NCBI GenBank assembly: GCA_951804945.1
Contig: OX638155.1
Location: 28,768,001 to 28,832,000, forward strand
Direction: 5' to 3'
Length of the DNA stretch: 64,000 nucleotides
From: Podarcis cretensis
Lineage: Eukaryota
Numbering within the stretch: the stretch's first letter is position 1; every line of letters begins with the position of its first letter. The notes under the pieces are model-generated. The model was not told the origin of the DNA, searched no databases, and saw nothing but the letters and a program-made list of their open reading frames with translations. Positions 49,273-61,477 of this stretch are shown piece after piece. The position numbers and the translations under genes were made by a program.

Positions 49273-51344
49273 TATTTAACTCAACATAGTCCTCATTTGG
49301 ATGAAGGGGGCAGGGGTGGGAACACCAGGAGAAAGCCTGTGCTAATGTTTCATGTTTCCCCCGTTTTATCTTTCTAGCTATAAATTAACATTTGAAGTGG
49401 GGACACACAGGAGACCAGAGATACTACTGGAGCTAAAGGGGGCAACCTGACTAGGCCATCACTAGCTACTTGAAACTGCCCCCCACGTAACCCAAGTGGT
49501 GACTCAGCTCCTGATCTGCAGCGCAATTCCTACTAGGCGTCTACCCCTTTAAAAATAAAATTTTAAAGTCAGTTCAGTGCTGATTGAACACTTCTCAGTT
49601 ATTAAGATGGTTGGGTGACGCCAGAAGTCTCCTGCTTTGCCTTGCCAGGAGCTCTGCACAGATCAACACTTCCTATATTAACATCTCAGAGCAAGATTAT
49701 CTGTGCATATAGACTCTGTCTCAGAAGGAGCTCTTTCTATTTACCTTTTTCTTTGCCCTGAGGCACAGACCTAGGAAAGATGTGAATTCTTAATTAGCTG
49801 TTTGCAGTTACTGCAGAAGCTTCAGCTGCCTTAAGAGAAAATAGCTTGGAAACCACTTTTGCATGGGCTTTATTTGAGGACTATGCAACACTGCTTATGA
49901 ATTTTCAGTGAGTAAAAAAATGGCATTTTATTAATGATAGAGCTGGTCTGAGACCTGCCAGTATAACAAGTTCTGGCCCGAGTTCTAGTAGACCTAGGCT
50001 CAAATTAAAGGAGGGGAGGAGAGGGAAAAGAGGTTAACATGCTATGTCCTGTTTTGTTTAGATTCTACTTGGGGGGGGGTTGCTTTGTCTTTGGTCAGTT
50101 AGGACCTGTGAATGGGATCCAGCAATGACAGACTTATCTGCAACAATGGAAATTATTTTTCTATGGGTCCTTTGTATGCCTATGAAAATTTGAACAAAAA
50201 AAGTATATCAAATTTTTTTAAAAGGCACAAATACTTCCCTCCATTAGTTTCCCCTTTACTCTCTTATTTAATGTTAGGCCAGATACATATTTTTTCAGTT
50301 TCTTTTTAAAGACACTTGAAAAACAGCAAAGTTTTTTTAAAAAAAATAATGTACTGGTAGGCAAACTACCAAACCTTTCTGTAGGCTAGCAATGTGTGAA
50401 CAAATCTGCAACCCTGAAGTTGCCATTTTTCTAATCACAGAAGTTGTCTCTGCAATCTTCTGCGTGCCTCCACTCCAGAATGTACACTGCTCACATGCAT
50501 AGCTCATTTGTGTGTGCACAGTTACCTGACCTCTGTGCTGGCCATCACGTGAACACACCTGCACTTAAAATGCACACACAGATAAGTGATGAGCTACTTC
50601 GGGTATTACGACCACCAATCGATCTGACATAACTTGCCCCCATGAACTTTTTCATTTAGCAACCTAAGAGCCCTGGCCACCTCGCCCCAACATCCTGTTC
50701 TTACCAACCAGATGACCGTGGGAAGCCCAAAAGCAAGACCTGAGCGCCAATAGCCCTCTCCTGACTTGCCCATCCACCCCAACGACCCACTTTCAGAAGC
50801 ACACTGCCTCAAGACAGTGCAGGTACCAACATGGCTAGTATTTATACCCTGCTGGGTCCCATGGGTGAAGGGCAGCTTACGGTAATGCCATTAAACTCTC
50901 TCTGGGGACAGAGGGTAAAAGTCACAAGTGAGGGCAGGCTGCAGCAGCTACTTCTGCAGGGAAAGAAAACCTCCTTGCGGGTTTTCTACCCCTGGTGGTA
51001 GAGCACCTGCTCTCTCCCCAACCGCACCCAGGAATAATGATAGGGCGCAGAGGCAGCACAGCTAGATTAACAGAATCACAGGACTGTAGAGTCGGAAGGG
51101 GACCCGGGGGTCATCTAGTCCAACCCGCTGCCGTGCAGGAAGATGCAGCTGTTCCCCCAAAGAGGGGCTGCTGCTGCGAGATCCCGCCAACTTCTCCACA
51201 AATAGAGACTTTTTAAAAGACCCCTTTGGACGCGTGTGTGCATTTGGGGAGGCAGCGGGTGGAGGATGGTGGAGGAGGAGGAGGAGCCTCCGCCGCCCCC
51301 AGCCCAGCCTGCTGGACCCCCCGCCCCAGCTGCCCTCCGGCCCG

Positions 51345-51352
51345 CCACGTCA
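51345..51352 (-). promoter_or_regulatory. UPRE (TGACGTGG) in TXNDC5 intron 1
   Basis: Exact CCACGTCA on +, in context GCCACGTCAGC; function inferred only. Confidence 0.5.
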
Positions 51353-51425
51353 GCGGGAGGAGCAGAGCTGGGTGCGCGCCCACCCCCTTCCCTTTCCCCA
51401 GGCCGCCGCCGCCGCCGCTGCTCAC

Positions 51426-51637
51426 CACGGGGCGAAGAACATGACGAAGTGCGGCGCGCTCTGGGCGCCATGGCGCAGCATCTCGGCGCTGTAGAGGTGC
51501 CGCGCGTGGGGGTCCTCCTCGCCGCCCGCCTCCGTCCCCTCGGCCCGAGCGGGGCCCGCGCCTAAGGAGAGGCAGCCGAGCAGCAGGGCCAGGCAGGCCG
51601 TGGAGTGGTGGTGGCGGGAGGAGGAGGCGGCGGCCAT
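51426..51637 (-). CDS. TXNDC5: TXNDC5 exon 1 (MAAASSSRHHHSTACLALLLGCLSLGAGPARA...APHFVMFFAP(W)), signal peptide and start of Trx domain 1
   Basis: ATG in perfect Kozak context GCCGCCATGG at 51637; hydrophobic signal peptide; donor gtgag at 51425-51421; 212 nt. Confidence 0.93.
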
Positions 51638-52082
51638 GGCGGCGGTGCAAACGGAGAGAGCGAGGAAAGAAGGAAGGAAGGAAGAAGCCGGCCCGGGCCA
51701 CGTCTCCCCTGCCGGCCAACCCCGCCTGCTGCTGCTGCTGCTGCTCCCTCCGCTGCGAGGGCGGCGTCTCCTCAGCCTCCGCCCCCGCTCCGCCTGCCTC
51801 GGAGGAGTCAAAGGGCGACGGGGAGGGGTCGGCAGGGAAAGGCCGGCGACGCCGAAGCGCGCTTCGTTTCCCCTCGCGGCTCGGCGCAAAGCTGCGCCTG
51901 TGAGGAAGCTGCCCGTTAAATTTCGGAAGAGAAGCTGTTCGGGGGCTCAGGGGAGGAGGAGGGGACCCCCCTTCAGGGCCGCTGCTGTTGGGCAGCGCGT
52001 TTAACTCAACTTAGTCGCCTTATGCACGTGCGCATGCATCCCGCTCTGGGGTCTATAATGAGGAATGGCGCTCTTAAGGAAC

Positions 52083-52542
52083 TGTTGTTGTTTAGTCGTG
52101 TCCGACTCCTCGTGACCCCATGGACCAGAGCACGCCAGGCACTCCTGTCTTCCACTGCCCCCACAATTTGGTCAAACCCATGCTGGTAGCTTCGAGAACA
52201 CTGTCCAACAATCTCGCCCTCTGTCGTCCCCTTCTCCTTGTGCCCTCCATCTTTCCCAACATCAGGGTCTTTTCCAGGGAGTCTTCTCTTCTCATGAGGT
52301 GGCCAAAGTATTGGAGCCTCAGCTTCAGGATCTGTCCTCCCAGTGAGCACTCAGGGCTGATTTCCTTAAGAATGGATAGGTTTGATCTTCTTGCAGTCCA
52401 TGGGACTCTCAAGAGTCTCCTCCAGCACCATAATTCCTTTCACTGGCTGCTTCAAAAGCATCAATTCTTTCCCGATCAGCCTTCTTTATGGTCCAGCTCT
52501 CACTTCCATACATCACTACTCAGAAAACCATAGCTTTAACTA
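52083..52542 (-). mobile_element. BovB (RTE-clade) LINE 3' fragment
   Basis: ORF RVPWTARRSNLSILKEISPECSLGGQILKLRLQYFGHLMRREDSLEKTLMLGKMEGTRRRGRQR is the characteristic BovB C-terminus; (CAA)n tail. Confidence 0.92.
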
Positions 52543-55093
52543 GGGGTACTTATTTACAACACAATTCTAGACATGCCTAGACCGCATGGAGTAGTGGGGG
52601 AGGGGGGGTTGTTCCCAGGCATAGGAGCCAACTTAATATAATATTGAAAGGTGTGCGCGCACAGGTAAGCCCTGCCCCGCATAATCGATTACAAGATTGC
52701 AATTGTTGCAAGGTGTGCTTTCTTCATTGCCGAAGAACCTAACCACCCGCATCCAGTATTGGAAGCAGAGCTGAACCTGAGCCACGTGCCTCTGAATAGC
52801 AATAGTGGGATTCACATGCAGAGAGAGTACTATTGCTTGCAGAATTCCCACAGGCATCTGGTTGACTACTATGAGAACAGGATGTTGGAATAGATGGCCC
52901 TTTGATCCAGCAGGGCTCTTACGTTCTTAAGACAAATTAGATAGTTTTGCTCTTGTATTATTCTTCCATTCCTAGCTTGATGACACAAGAGGACCTAACC
53001 GTGTCATAAAGGCACTGCACAGATAATCACTATGTTAACAAAGATAGATATAAATTTGGGGAGTACCATATATAGGACAAATTAGAAAGGAACCTAGTGG
53101 ACACAGGGCTTTGTGTTCCTGTGTCTATCATACCTAAAAGCTGAGCTGGGCTTTCATGACACTCATCTAGCCTTTTTTATAGCTAAGGATAAAATAGCTA
53201 GGCAAAACCTGTAACCAGAGCTGACTTTGTTAGAGAGAAATGCACCAGTTAGTTAAATCAAGGGAACCACTATTTGCCACAGGCCTAACTTTGACACACA
53301 CACAACAACAACACTCTTAACAAATACTACCAATGTTAATGTAACATTTGTTAGACAGCTGACGTATAAAAAGCCAATTGAATGAACAATTTCAATTGAG
53401 AATTTGCTATTAATTTGTCCTACAATTCAGAGAGTCTTCAAAAGGACAGATTCTTCAAGTCTCCCAAATATAGTAGTTTTTTATTTTGACAGCTGTCCTT
53501 TGACTGAAATGCTGGTCTCTCCAGAGAGATAATATGATGTAATTTTCATGACAGCCCAATTGTCATTGGTTAGGAAGGATATAATCTCAGTGGAGAGGGA
53601 AAAAGTGATTCTGCCATCTGTAAGCGTCTGTCCCAATTACTTCAATGATTTGTACCTCTCATGTAGGGCTGGGAGTGGAAACTTCTACAAGCTGTTGAAT
53701 AAAATGACATAATTTTGCCACCCACAAAACATTATGCAGTAAGACAGTTTAAGAGATGGTAGGAGCAGTCAGAAAGTACAATCTCATAACAAGTGGATAC
53801 TTTTTTGCTTCCGTGCCCCACTCCAGAACAGTTTTACAATCATAAGAATGGCTAGGTCAATCTGCTTTGTACCCCTACTCTACTTTTTGCCCTCGACTCA
53901 GAGTGTGTTTGGGTGGAGACACTGCCTCCGCTAATTGCTGTCTAGCCAAACCTTGAACTTCAGGAGCTCATTGCTACAGCTTCTATAGCCATGCCCCCAA
54001 AGGGAGTCCAAAGATGTTGGCAGATGTGTTGGTTTATTATGCACAGAGGTACCAAAGAGCAGCTTGAAACAAACTTTATTAGGATCAGTCCTGTTTCCTA
54101 AGACTAATTTCACTGAACTCATGTTGAAAGCCTTGTTAGCATTCCATTCACTTGCCAGAGCAAGAAGGCTCTGACCTGGCATTCCTGCAGATTCTGTCCC
54201 TCATTCCTGCACTGAAAAAAGACCCAAAGCTGCCTGGCCCTGCATGACACCCCCCCCCACTGCTGCATCTCAGCCATCTAAAAAGTAACCTGATCCTCAT
54301 GTCTTGTCTAGTCTAGTCTAGTGCTTCCAATGCTTGAAACTCGTCCAGAATAACTACATGTGCCATCTTTCCTCCTTTAAAACCCCTCCTCAAAACACTC
54401 CATTCCTGCGAAGTTACTCAACCGAAACAAAGCTGTGTTAAGTACTGACAATTGCATTTGCTCATACCCATCTCATTACCCAAGCTTCTCCCTCCCCATC
54501 CTTTGAATTTAGCTGGTCAGCTCCCAGAGGCAGGGCTCTGTGTGTTTCAGCTATGTTGTCCTGGCAGAGTGCTCATATCCTACTTGGCTTTCTATGGGCA
54601 CCAGGTTGGTCACTGTGAGAACAGAATGCTGGACTCAACAAATGTTGGGTTTGATCCAGCAAAGCTCTTCTTAAGATCTTATGAAAGTACTGATCCTCTC
54701 AGGTCTTCAACAATCCAGTAGACCAGGTAAGCTTACAAGAACAGCTGCATGGTGACAGGCGCCCCATATTATTTCCCCCCTTGGTTCCTGTCAGCCATGT
54801 ACATAGATGGACAAGGGAGCAATGGAGTTCTATGCATTTTAACTGTGGGCTTCAGTTGTGCAGGAACAGCACAGTTCCTTAAAAGAAACACTGCATACTA
54901 ATTCTACTTTGCACACAACACCTGCAACTTCCACAGGTCTATTATTAGCTATTAACTACCATGTTATAAAAGCTTAATTGGTTTACGACCCCAATTAGCT
55001 GTTTACAGCGGTCCGGCACACTTCTTAGCCAAGCTGCGCCGGTCTGCTTCTCTCCGGTTTCGCCTTGCAGAGTAAAAACACAGCGGAAAAAAC

Positions 55094-55384
55094 TGTTGCA
55101 TCAGATCCAAACACACCAAGCTCTTGTGTGTCCAAATTATCAGTTCTTTATTGCAGCAAAATATTTACAGCTCAGCATTTCTCAGATTCTCCTGGACTGC
55201 TAGCATTCATGGCGTCCTTCTCTTTCAGAGACAAAGAGAGAACAGAAAGTAAAGCTCCTCCCTCCTTCCAAACGTCAGAATGTGAGGCATTACTCAGAAC
55301 ATCTTAACCCTATAAGTTCTGAATCCCAACCACCCAGTGGATTCCTGACCACCCTGACTGCCGTTTCAGAGACCAGTTTCAACA
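55094..55384 (-). mobile_element. LTR-like sequence with adjacent polypurine tract
   Basis: TGTTG...CAACA termini; minus-strand AATAAA near 55147; purine run AGTGAAGGGAAG directly upstream on minus; no TSD found. Confidence 0.4.
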
Positions 55385-55814
55385 GTTACTTCCCTTCACT
55401 GGCTGCTTGGGCGGAATTGGCTCAAGGTGCTGTTCTGTTGGTTTCCTATCTTGAAAGTTGAGATCATCTCTCATTGAACCAACTTTGGGGAAGTGTAAAA
55501 CAAATGAAAAAATGCTGCTAGGTTACTTTCGTAACTTTCTGAGATATGATCATCTCTGCTCTAGCCATTTTTTCCTAAGCTAGAGGTTGCTGACAGTCAA
55601 CGGAACGCTTTTGTTTTCTTTTGCACTAGTAGTTTGTCCCATGAAAACTATGACACAGATCTATTCACTCTGCTTGGAATGTGGGTATTGGTGGAATATC
55701 CCAGGCTTCTCTGTAACATAGGGTATGTCCTGCAAAGTTCTGAGGCCATGACATTAGCACTTCAGTCAATAGACTTCCAGGATTATCCAGCCTCCACTTA
55801 GCTAGCGCAGACAT

Positions 55815-56345
55815 TAGCCATTAATAGATCGATCTTCCATGAATTTGTCTTATCCCTTTTAAAAAACCATCTCAGTCAATGGTTATCATCACATTTTGTG
55901 GCAGTGAATTCCATAAATGATACGTATGAAGAAATCCTCTCTTTTATCTGTCCTGAATCTACTGCCTGCCAGCTCCCTTGAGTGACCACAAGTTACGGCA
56001 TTACGGGAATCCACTCTATCCACTCTCCACATAACTGGGTAAATCTTTATCATATTCCCCATTAATTGTCCTTTCCTAAGCTAAAACCCTTTAGCCTTTT
56101 CATGCAGGGAATGTGCACCAACCCCTTCATCACTTTGTCGTTTTAAAATGTCATTTTTCTAAGGTATCTTTTTTGAGATGGGCTAACCACAAAATGCACA
56201 CGGTGTTTCAAATGCATCCACAGCATAGTTTTGTATAAGGGCATTACAGCACTGGAATTTTTATTTCTGATTCCCAATAATCCCTAGCAAGGAATTTGCC
56301 ATTTTTACAACTGCCACACACACTTGACGTTTCCATTAAGCTATT
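55815..56345 (-). mobile_element. Old CR1 LINE fragment
   Basis: tgtggcagtgaattccata...ttttatctgtcctgaatct CR1 3'-ORF signature; similar remnant at about 62085-62420. Confidence 0.6.
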
Positions 56346-59300
56346 AACTGAGGGCCAGATTCCATTAAGTAAACGTGCTTGCAGGAGAGCCAGCGTAATG
56401 AGTTCTGCTGGGCTACTGCACAGATGGAAGAGGGGGTAGGACATTTTCTTCTTTCGGAAACAGCTTGTCCCACGAATCCTGTGGATCAGTCGCTGCATGG
56501 TGCTGTGCTGGGGCGAGGATGCAACAGCAGAGCTGGAAGCTTGACTCTCTTTATGAGAAATCTCTGGTGCATATTTTTCTTTACAACTCCGATGGGCCTA
56601 ATGCTTGCAATGCAAGAAGAAAACAAAATTTCTGTGTCATAGGTACGTTGCTGCTGCTGTTAAAAAAACACAACACACTTGTTGCGGTTCTCTCCCATTA
56701 AAAACATTCAGTCATATGAAGACTGCTGTTGGACCAGGCCAAATCCCTATCTAGCCCAGCATTCTGTTTCCACAGTGGCTAACAAGATGTCTATGTGGGA
56801 TGTTTGCACTGGCATCCACATTGCCTGTTGGCCTGCTGCCAAGAAAATGCAGCACTAGAAGGCCCTTAGTTACCAGCAAAATGTCCAGGAGTGGAAGCTG
56901 TACTAACCCATTAAGCTCATATAAAGGCCCCCAGACAGTTGGAAGGCCATGCTGGGAACTAGTTGAGAGCCTGGGAAATATCTGAATCAAGAACAGGGGG
57001 AGGTAGAAATACTATGCTGCTTCCTAGTCCTCCTAAAGTGGCTGGGCGGCCAATAGCTTTGCTCTAGATTGGTATTCTGATACTGGTTCCTGAATATATG
57101 CAGTTGACTTGCAATGCAATCGTGTGCATGTCTACTGAGAAGTGAGTCCCGCTGAGTTCAGGATTGCAGTCCCAAGGGCTCTTATGTCAAACACTTAAAC
57201 TGAAGATAACGGTAGTATACATACTACCACTTAACTTGGCTGCACTAGTTGACAAATAGCACATTCTCCTGCACAGTTCTTGTCATTAAAATTAATGGGA
57301 GCTGTACAATAACAAGTGTCCTCTTCACAGCAGTGGAAGACAAACTGTAAAAGCAGACATTTGATCTGATTAGCCTTTAGAGGAAGAAAGAAAATTGGTC
57401 TATAAAAAGAATAAACCAAGGACTGTATAGTGTTACTTCAGCCTTGTAAATGGAATGCATATTTGTGACATTTAGCCCTTTCATAGATCTTAATCATTTT
57501 AAATCCAAGTACTTTGACTTAACAGGATTGCTGATTGCACAATAAGCCACAATTTGCTATAAATAAGGGGAGGTGAGTTCCAGGATCAGCTCGTTCAAAG
57601 TGATTAAGTATTTTGAGTGTAATGTCTGTGGTGGGCAAAAAACGCTTGTTATAAATCTACTAAATGTACCAACAAAATAATAAATTTACTGAAGTGACAG
57701 CTTTAAACCCAAAACCTGCCTTAGTATTCAGAAAACACACGATTGGAACAATGAGATCATGTGAAAGGATTCTTTAACATTAGCAGATAGTGCTTGTTTT
57801 AAAATATTTGCATGCTGTTTTTTTAGGGGAAACCCTCTCAAGGCATCTTCCAGCATGTACAGTCACATCCAGAGTGGCGAATCATTTCAATCTATGAGGG
57901 CCACAACCCCTCAAGATGAACCATCTTGGTCTTCATGCCAGTGGTGGGCAGGGAGGGGAAGGCAAAAATTTGACAGGGCAACTGAAGTGTCTCTTTAACT
58001 TTTTGCACAGGCTATTATTTCCAAGACAGAAATGTAAGAGTTTTCCATATACGTACTTACTTTACATCTTTCCTTCTTTTATCCAAGCAGGCAAGAGACA
58101 TTGCCGTGGACACTGTGGAGCGAGGCAAAAACATTTGAGTGTGCAGAGCAGGGTCCGTGATGAGTGTAGCCTGAGGAGGAATCGTTCTGAGGGCCAGAGA
58201 AGCCTGGAGGTCCACATATAATCAATAATCAATGCAAAACCACAGCAATAAAGATAATATATAACCAGTAGCACTAATATAACCAATCACTAATCACAAA
58301 TGACATTGAGTTTAGTAAGAACAACAAACTCAAATATATAAAATATACAAAAACCCAAATAATCTTTATTTCAGCTAAGTATGTTTTTAACCATTAGGCA
58401 GATTTAAGCTCTGTCCTGCTTGGTGAGGCCAGGTTAACACAGGACCTCCATCAATGGGACAGAGGTCATGACCCCAACAGCACTGCCAGATCCCAACCAG
58501 CACAAGGTAGCATGTCAGTCAGTACCCTGGAGAGCTCATTGTACCCAGAGCTGGCTAAGACTCGCACAGGAAGAGCTCTTGCTTCAGCAACATGCTGAAA
58601 CCTCCTGAGCTTCTATGAAGGCTGGTTGACCTGATCCTCCTATTGGCCCTGCTCTCTCTGTTCTTTTAAAGGGCCAGTGCCCTATTCTGTAACTGCTGGT
58701 TCCTATGGCATGGCTGCATGTATTGGAGGGATGTCCTCTGAGCTAGACAAGTCTAGAGATGTGTGTGGAGAAGCTCTCCTACAAAAGAGGGTAAAAATTA
58801 CATTAGTCGCCCAATTTTGCCTCCGGCCCCATCCACCACACCTCGGAAAGTTGCTTAGAAGGGAATGTGCCCCTCCCCAGGGTTAAAAAGGTAGCCTGCC
58901 CCTGTTATAATAGGTGAAAAGTTGGAATATGTGCCTTCTAATTCGGAATATGTTAACAAGGACTCTGCACCACAGCACAACTGACTATTGATAGTTGTGT
59001 TTTCTGCTGCTGAGAGCAATGCACACTGGAAAATATATGACTGCTTTTGTGACAATTACTGAATACAGAAAATCCATTGTGGACCACTTAGCGATAAACC
59101 ACATGATGATTGTATTTCTTTTATCTGCCATCCTATTATGCTGCTTTGTTCTTCCACTTGTGATGCTTCTTTAAGCATTACACCGTAAGTTATTGTGGAA
59201 AGAGGTTACATGTTTTCCACCTGTAATTTGAAAGTGCATCGCACACAAAAATAAGTGACAATAATACTGCCAGAAACCCCAGGGATTAAAAAAACAAAAA

Positions 59301-61339
59301 AACCCACCACAGTAGATATGAAGACAACAACATCGTTTTCAATATTAGACACAGCCATTCAAAACTCAGAGGACTGCAGAGCAGGTCTCTGCCAAGACAG
59401 TAATAACCCATAAACAATTGGATGGTTTTTCCAGACCACCAATCCACTGACATTTTTTTTTTACTACTGGTCTAAATTTATTTTTTCCATTTATACCCCA
59501 TCATTCTTGCTACAATATGGCAGCTCAAAACAGCTTGTAAAAAGGAATAAAATTTCAAAAGCAAACATTTGTAAACTAAATTAAAGCAAACCTAGTTAAA
59601 AAAACAAAATATAAACTCCCTGCTCCCCATGCCTCTGAGATAATTTTTTTTAATAGTATAACCCTATGAATATATTTGTGGGAGCCCTGCCTCACTGCAT
59701 TCAAGATGGTTGCAGTGCAAAACTTACTTACATGTGAGTAACTCCCACTTACTTACTTCTGAGTGGACATGTTTAGGAACGCACTGTGTGCTTTGAAGCC
59801 TCAATCTGTGTTCTGAAAAAGAACCGCACTCCAGAAAACACTCCCAGTGCCTATTCTCTTAGTATTTGCTTTTTGATATTTGAACTTGTTCTATAATCTT
59901 CTGTCTTAACCCTGTAGAAATGGTGACTTTTAAGAGTACCAGGCTGTTTGTAGGTGGCTCAAGGTTTTAGTTTTGGGGGCAGAGACTAATGTCAGAGAGT
60001 AACTGGGTAAATGACTTGGGTTGCCATATATCCAGATCCAAGTTCGTTTTAAAGACAAACAATAAGAACAGAGAATACAGAGGTCTTGACAGTGGACTGA
60101 GCAGGCACATAGGTCACCTAGTCTTTCTGAACTGTAGCATGTGCGCATTTCATGCAAATCTGTGAGAAAGTGCTGCTGCACTAGGATTCTGCTTACTAGC
60201 TTTGCACAGGCATCAGGTTGGCCACTGTGAGAACAGGATGCTGGACTAGATGGTCCAGGGAGTAGGGAGTAAGATCGGCACAGGGGAGGGATGAAACAGT
60301 AAACAGAATTTGTGCAAGGGAAGGGATTACAGAGATAAACAAGGGTGGGGGGTAGATAGGAAAACATTTGGTTGAATTTTGTTTTGACAAAATGCTTCAA
60401 AAAAATTAATTGAAAAGATAAGGGATGGAATAGGCAATGAATCAGTGGTCCTCCAGATGTTGTTGGACTCCAATTCCCATCAGCCCTGGCCAGCATTGAA
60501 GTCCAAAAAATGCCTGGAGGACCACAGGTTCCTCATCTCTAATTGAATGGGCTGCATCTTGCTTACCAAGATATTTGTCTGGATTGTTACTGTACAGCCA
60601 CATACTAGGAGGCTGCTCAGTCAAAGGATTTCCCCACCCTGGAGAAATGCAGCCTATGGGATCGTTCATAGCCTACTACTGGGACAGAGGGTTGTTAAGA
60701 TCCTAGAATGAGGATAGTCCAGGGTACACATTTGCAAACATAAATAAACAACTTTAATGGTGAGACGTGGAAACTCAGGTAAGAATGGTCCCTTGTGTGA
60801 GCCTGCCTCTTCCTTGTATCCTACAAGTTATCTGTGTTCTTCCAGAACTCCAGAGCCCTCACCGCACTGAGTGATAAGTTAGAAGGCAAGCCTTTTCTGC
60901 CAATTGTTTTTGGCAAATGGACCAAGGAAGACTATTGTTGTTGCTGACTGTTATCTCTGCCTCCAATCCCGCTTGGCAGAAATTCAAACCTATCACACTG
61001 GTGTTGGAAACTAGGCTTTTGAAAATCTGGATGAGTCAACTCATTAACAAACAAGGAAATGGGAACCAGTCTTAACAAAATATGTACATAAAATAGTTTA
61101 TTGGATGCTATGCTGTTTGTCCTCATAGCTGTGACACTGTTTTTTATCTTGCTTCACAGTCTTCCTAACAATGGAGTGGGGAGGTCAATGGTTATCAAAT
61201 TTTAATCAGCCTCAGTGTTGATGTATTACTTACATAGCACAGAAAATATTTTAAGCATTTTCACGGATGGGGGTGGTGGAGCTCAGGAATGCCCATTTAA
61301 TATTTTTACCATTGTTTAATGCCAGTCGTTGCTCTACAG

Positions 61340-61477
61340 CAGAGATGGGGAAACCTGAGGCCTTCCAGCTATTGTTGGACCTCAACTTCCGTAAGTCCCA
61401 GCCAGGAGAACCAATGGTGAGGGATGATGGGAGTTGTATCCCACCAATATCTGGAGGGCCACAGTACCCCATCCCTG
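61340..61477. mobile_element. hAT-type palindromic MITE
   Basis: TIR CAGAGATGGGG/CCCCATCCCTG; TSD ctctacag/ctctacac. Confidence 0.75.

Larger units (their letters stand above)
51200..52075. promoter_or_regulatory. CpG island / TXNDC5 promoter and exon 1 region
   Basis: Abrupt GC- and CpG-rich block spanning exon 1; GC boxes; CACGTG at 52025-52030 overlapping an NRF1-like TGCGCATGC; (CTG)n at about 51727-51744. Confidence 0.85.

Noticed and set aside
51115-52004. Multiple 100-170 aa ORFs on both strands, including an 84-aa in-frame upstream extension of TXNDC5
   Set aside because: Stop-poor CpG-island sequence with non-ATG starts and low-complexity products; the ATG at 51637 has perfect Kozak context and is followed by a signal peptide.
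51640-52075. Canonical ERSE (CCAAT-N9-CCACG) in the TXNDC5 promoter
   Set aside because: CCACG is present but no CCAAT at the required spacing was found.
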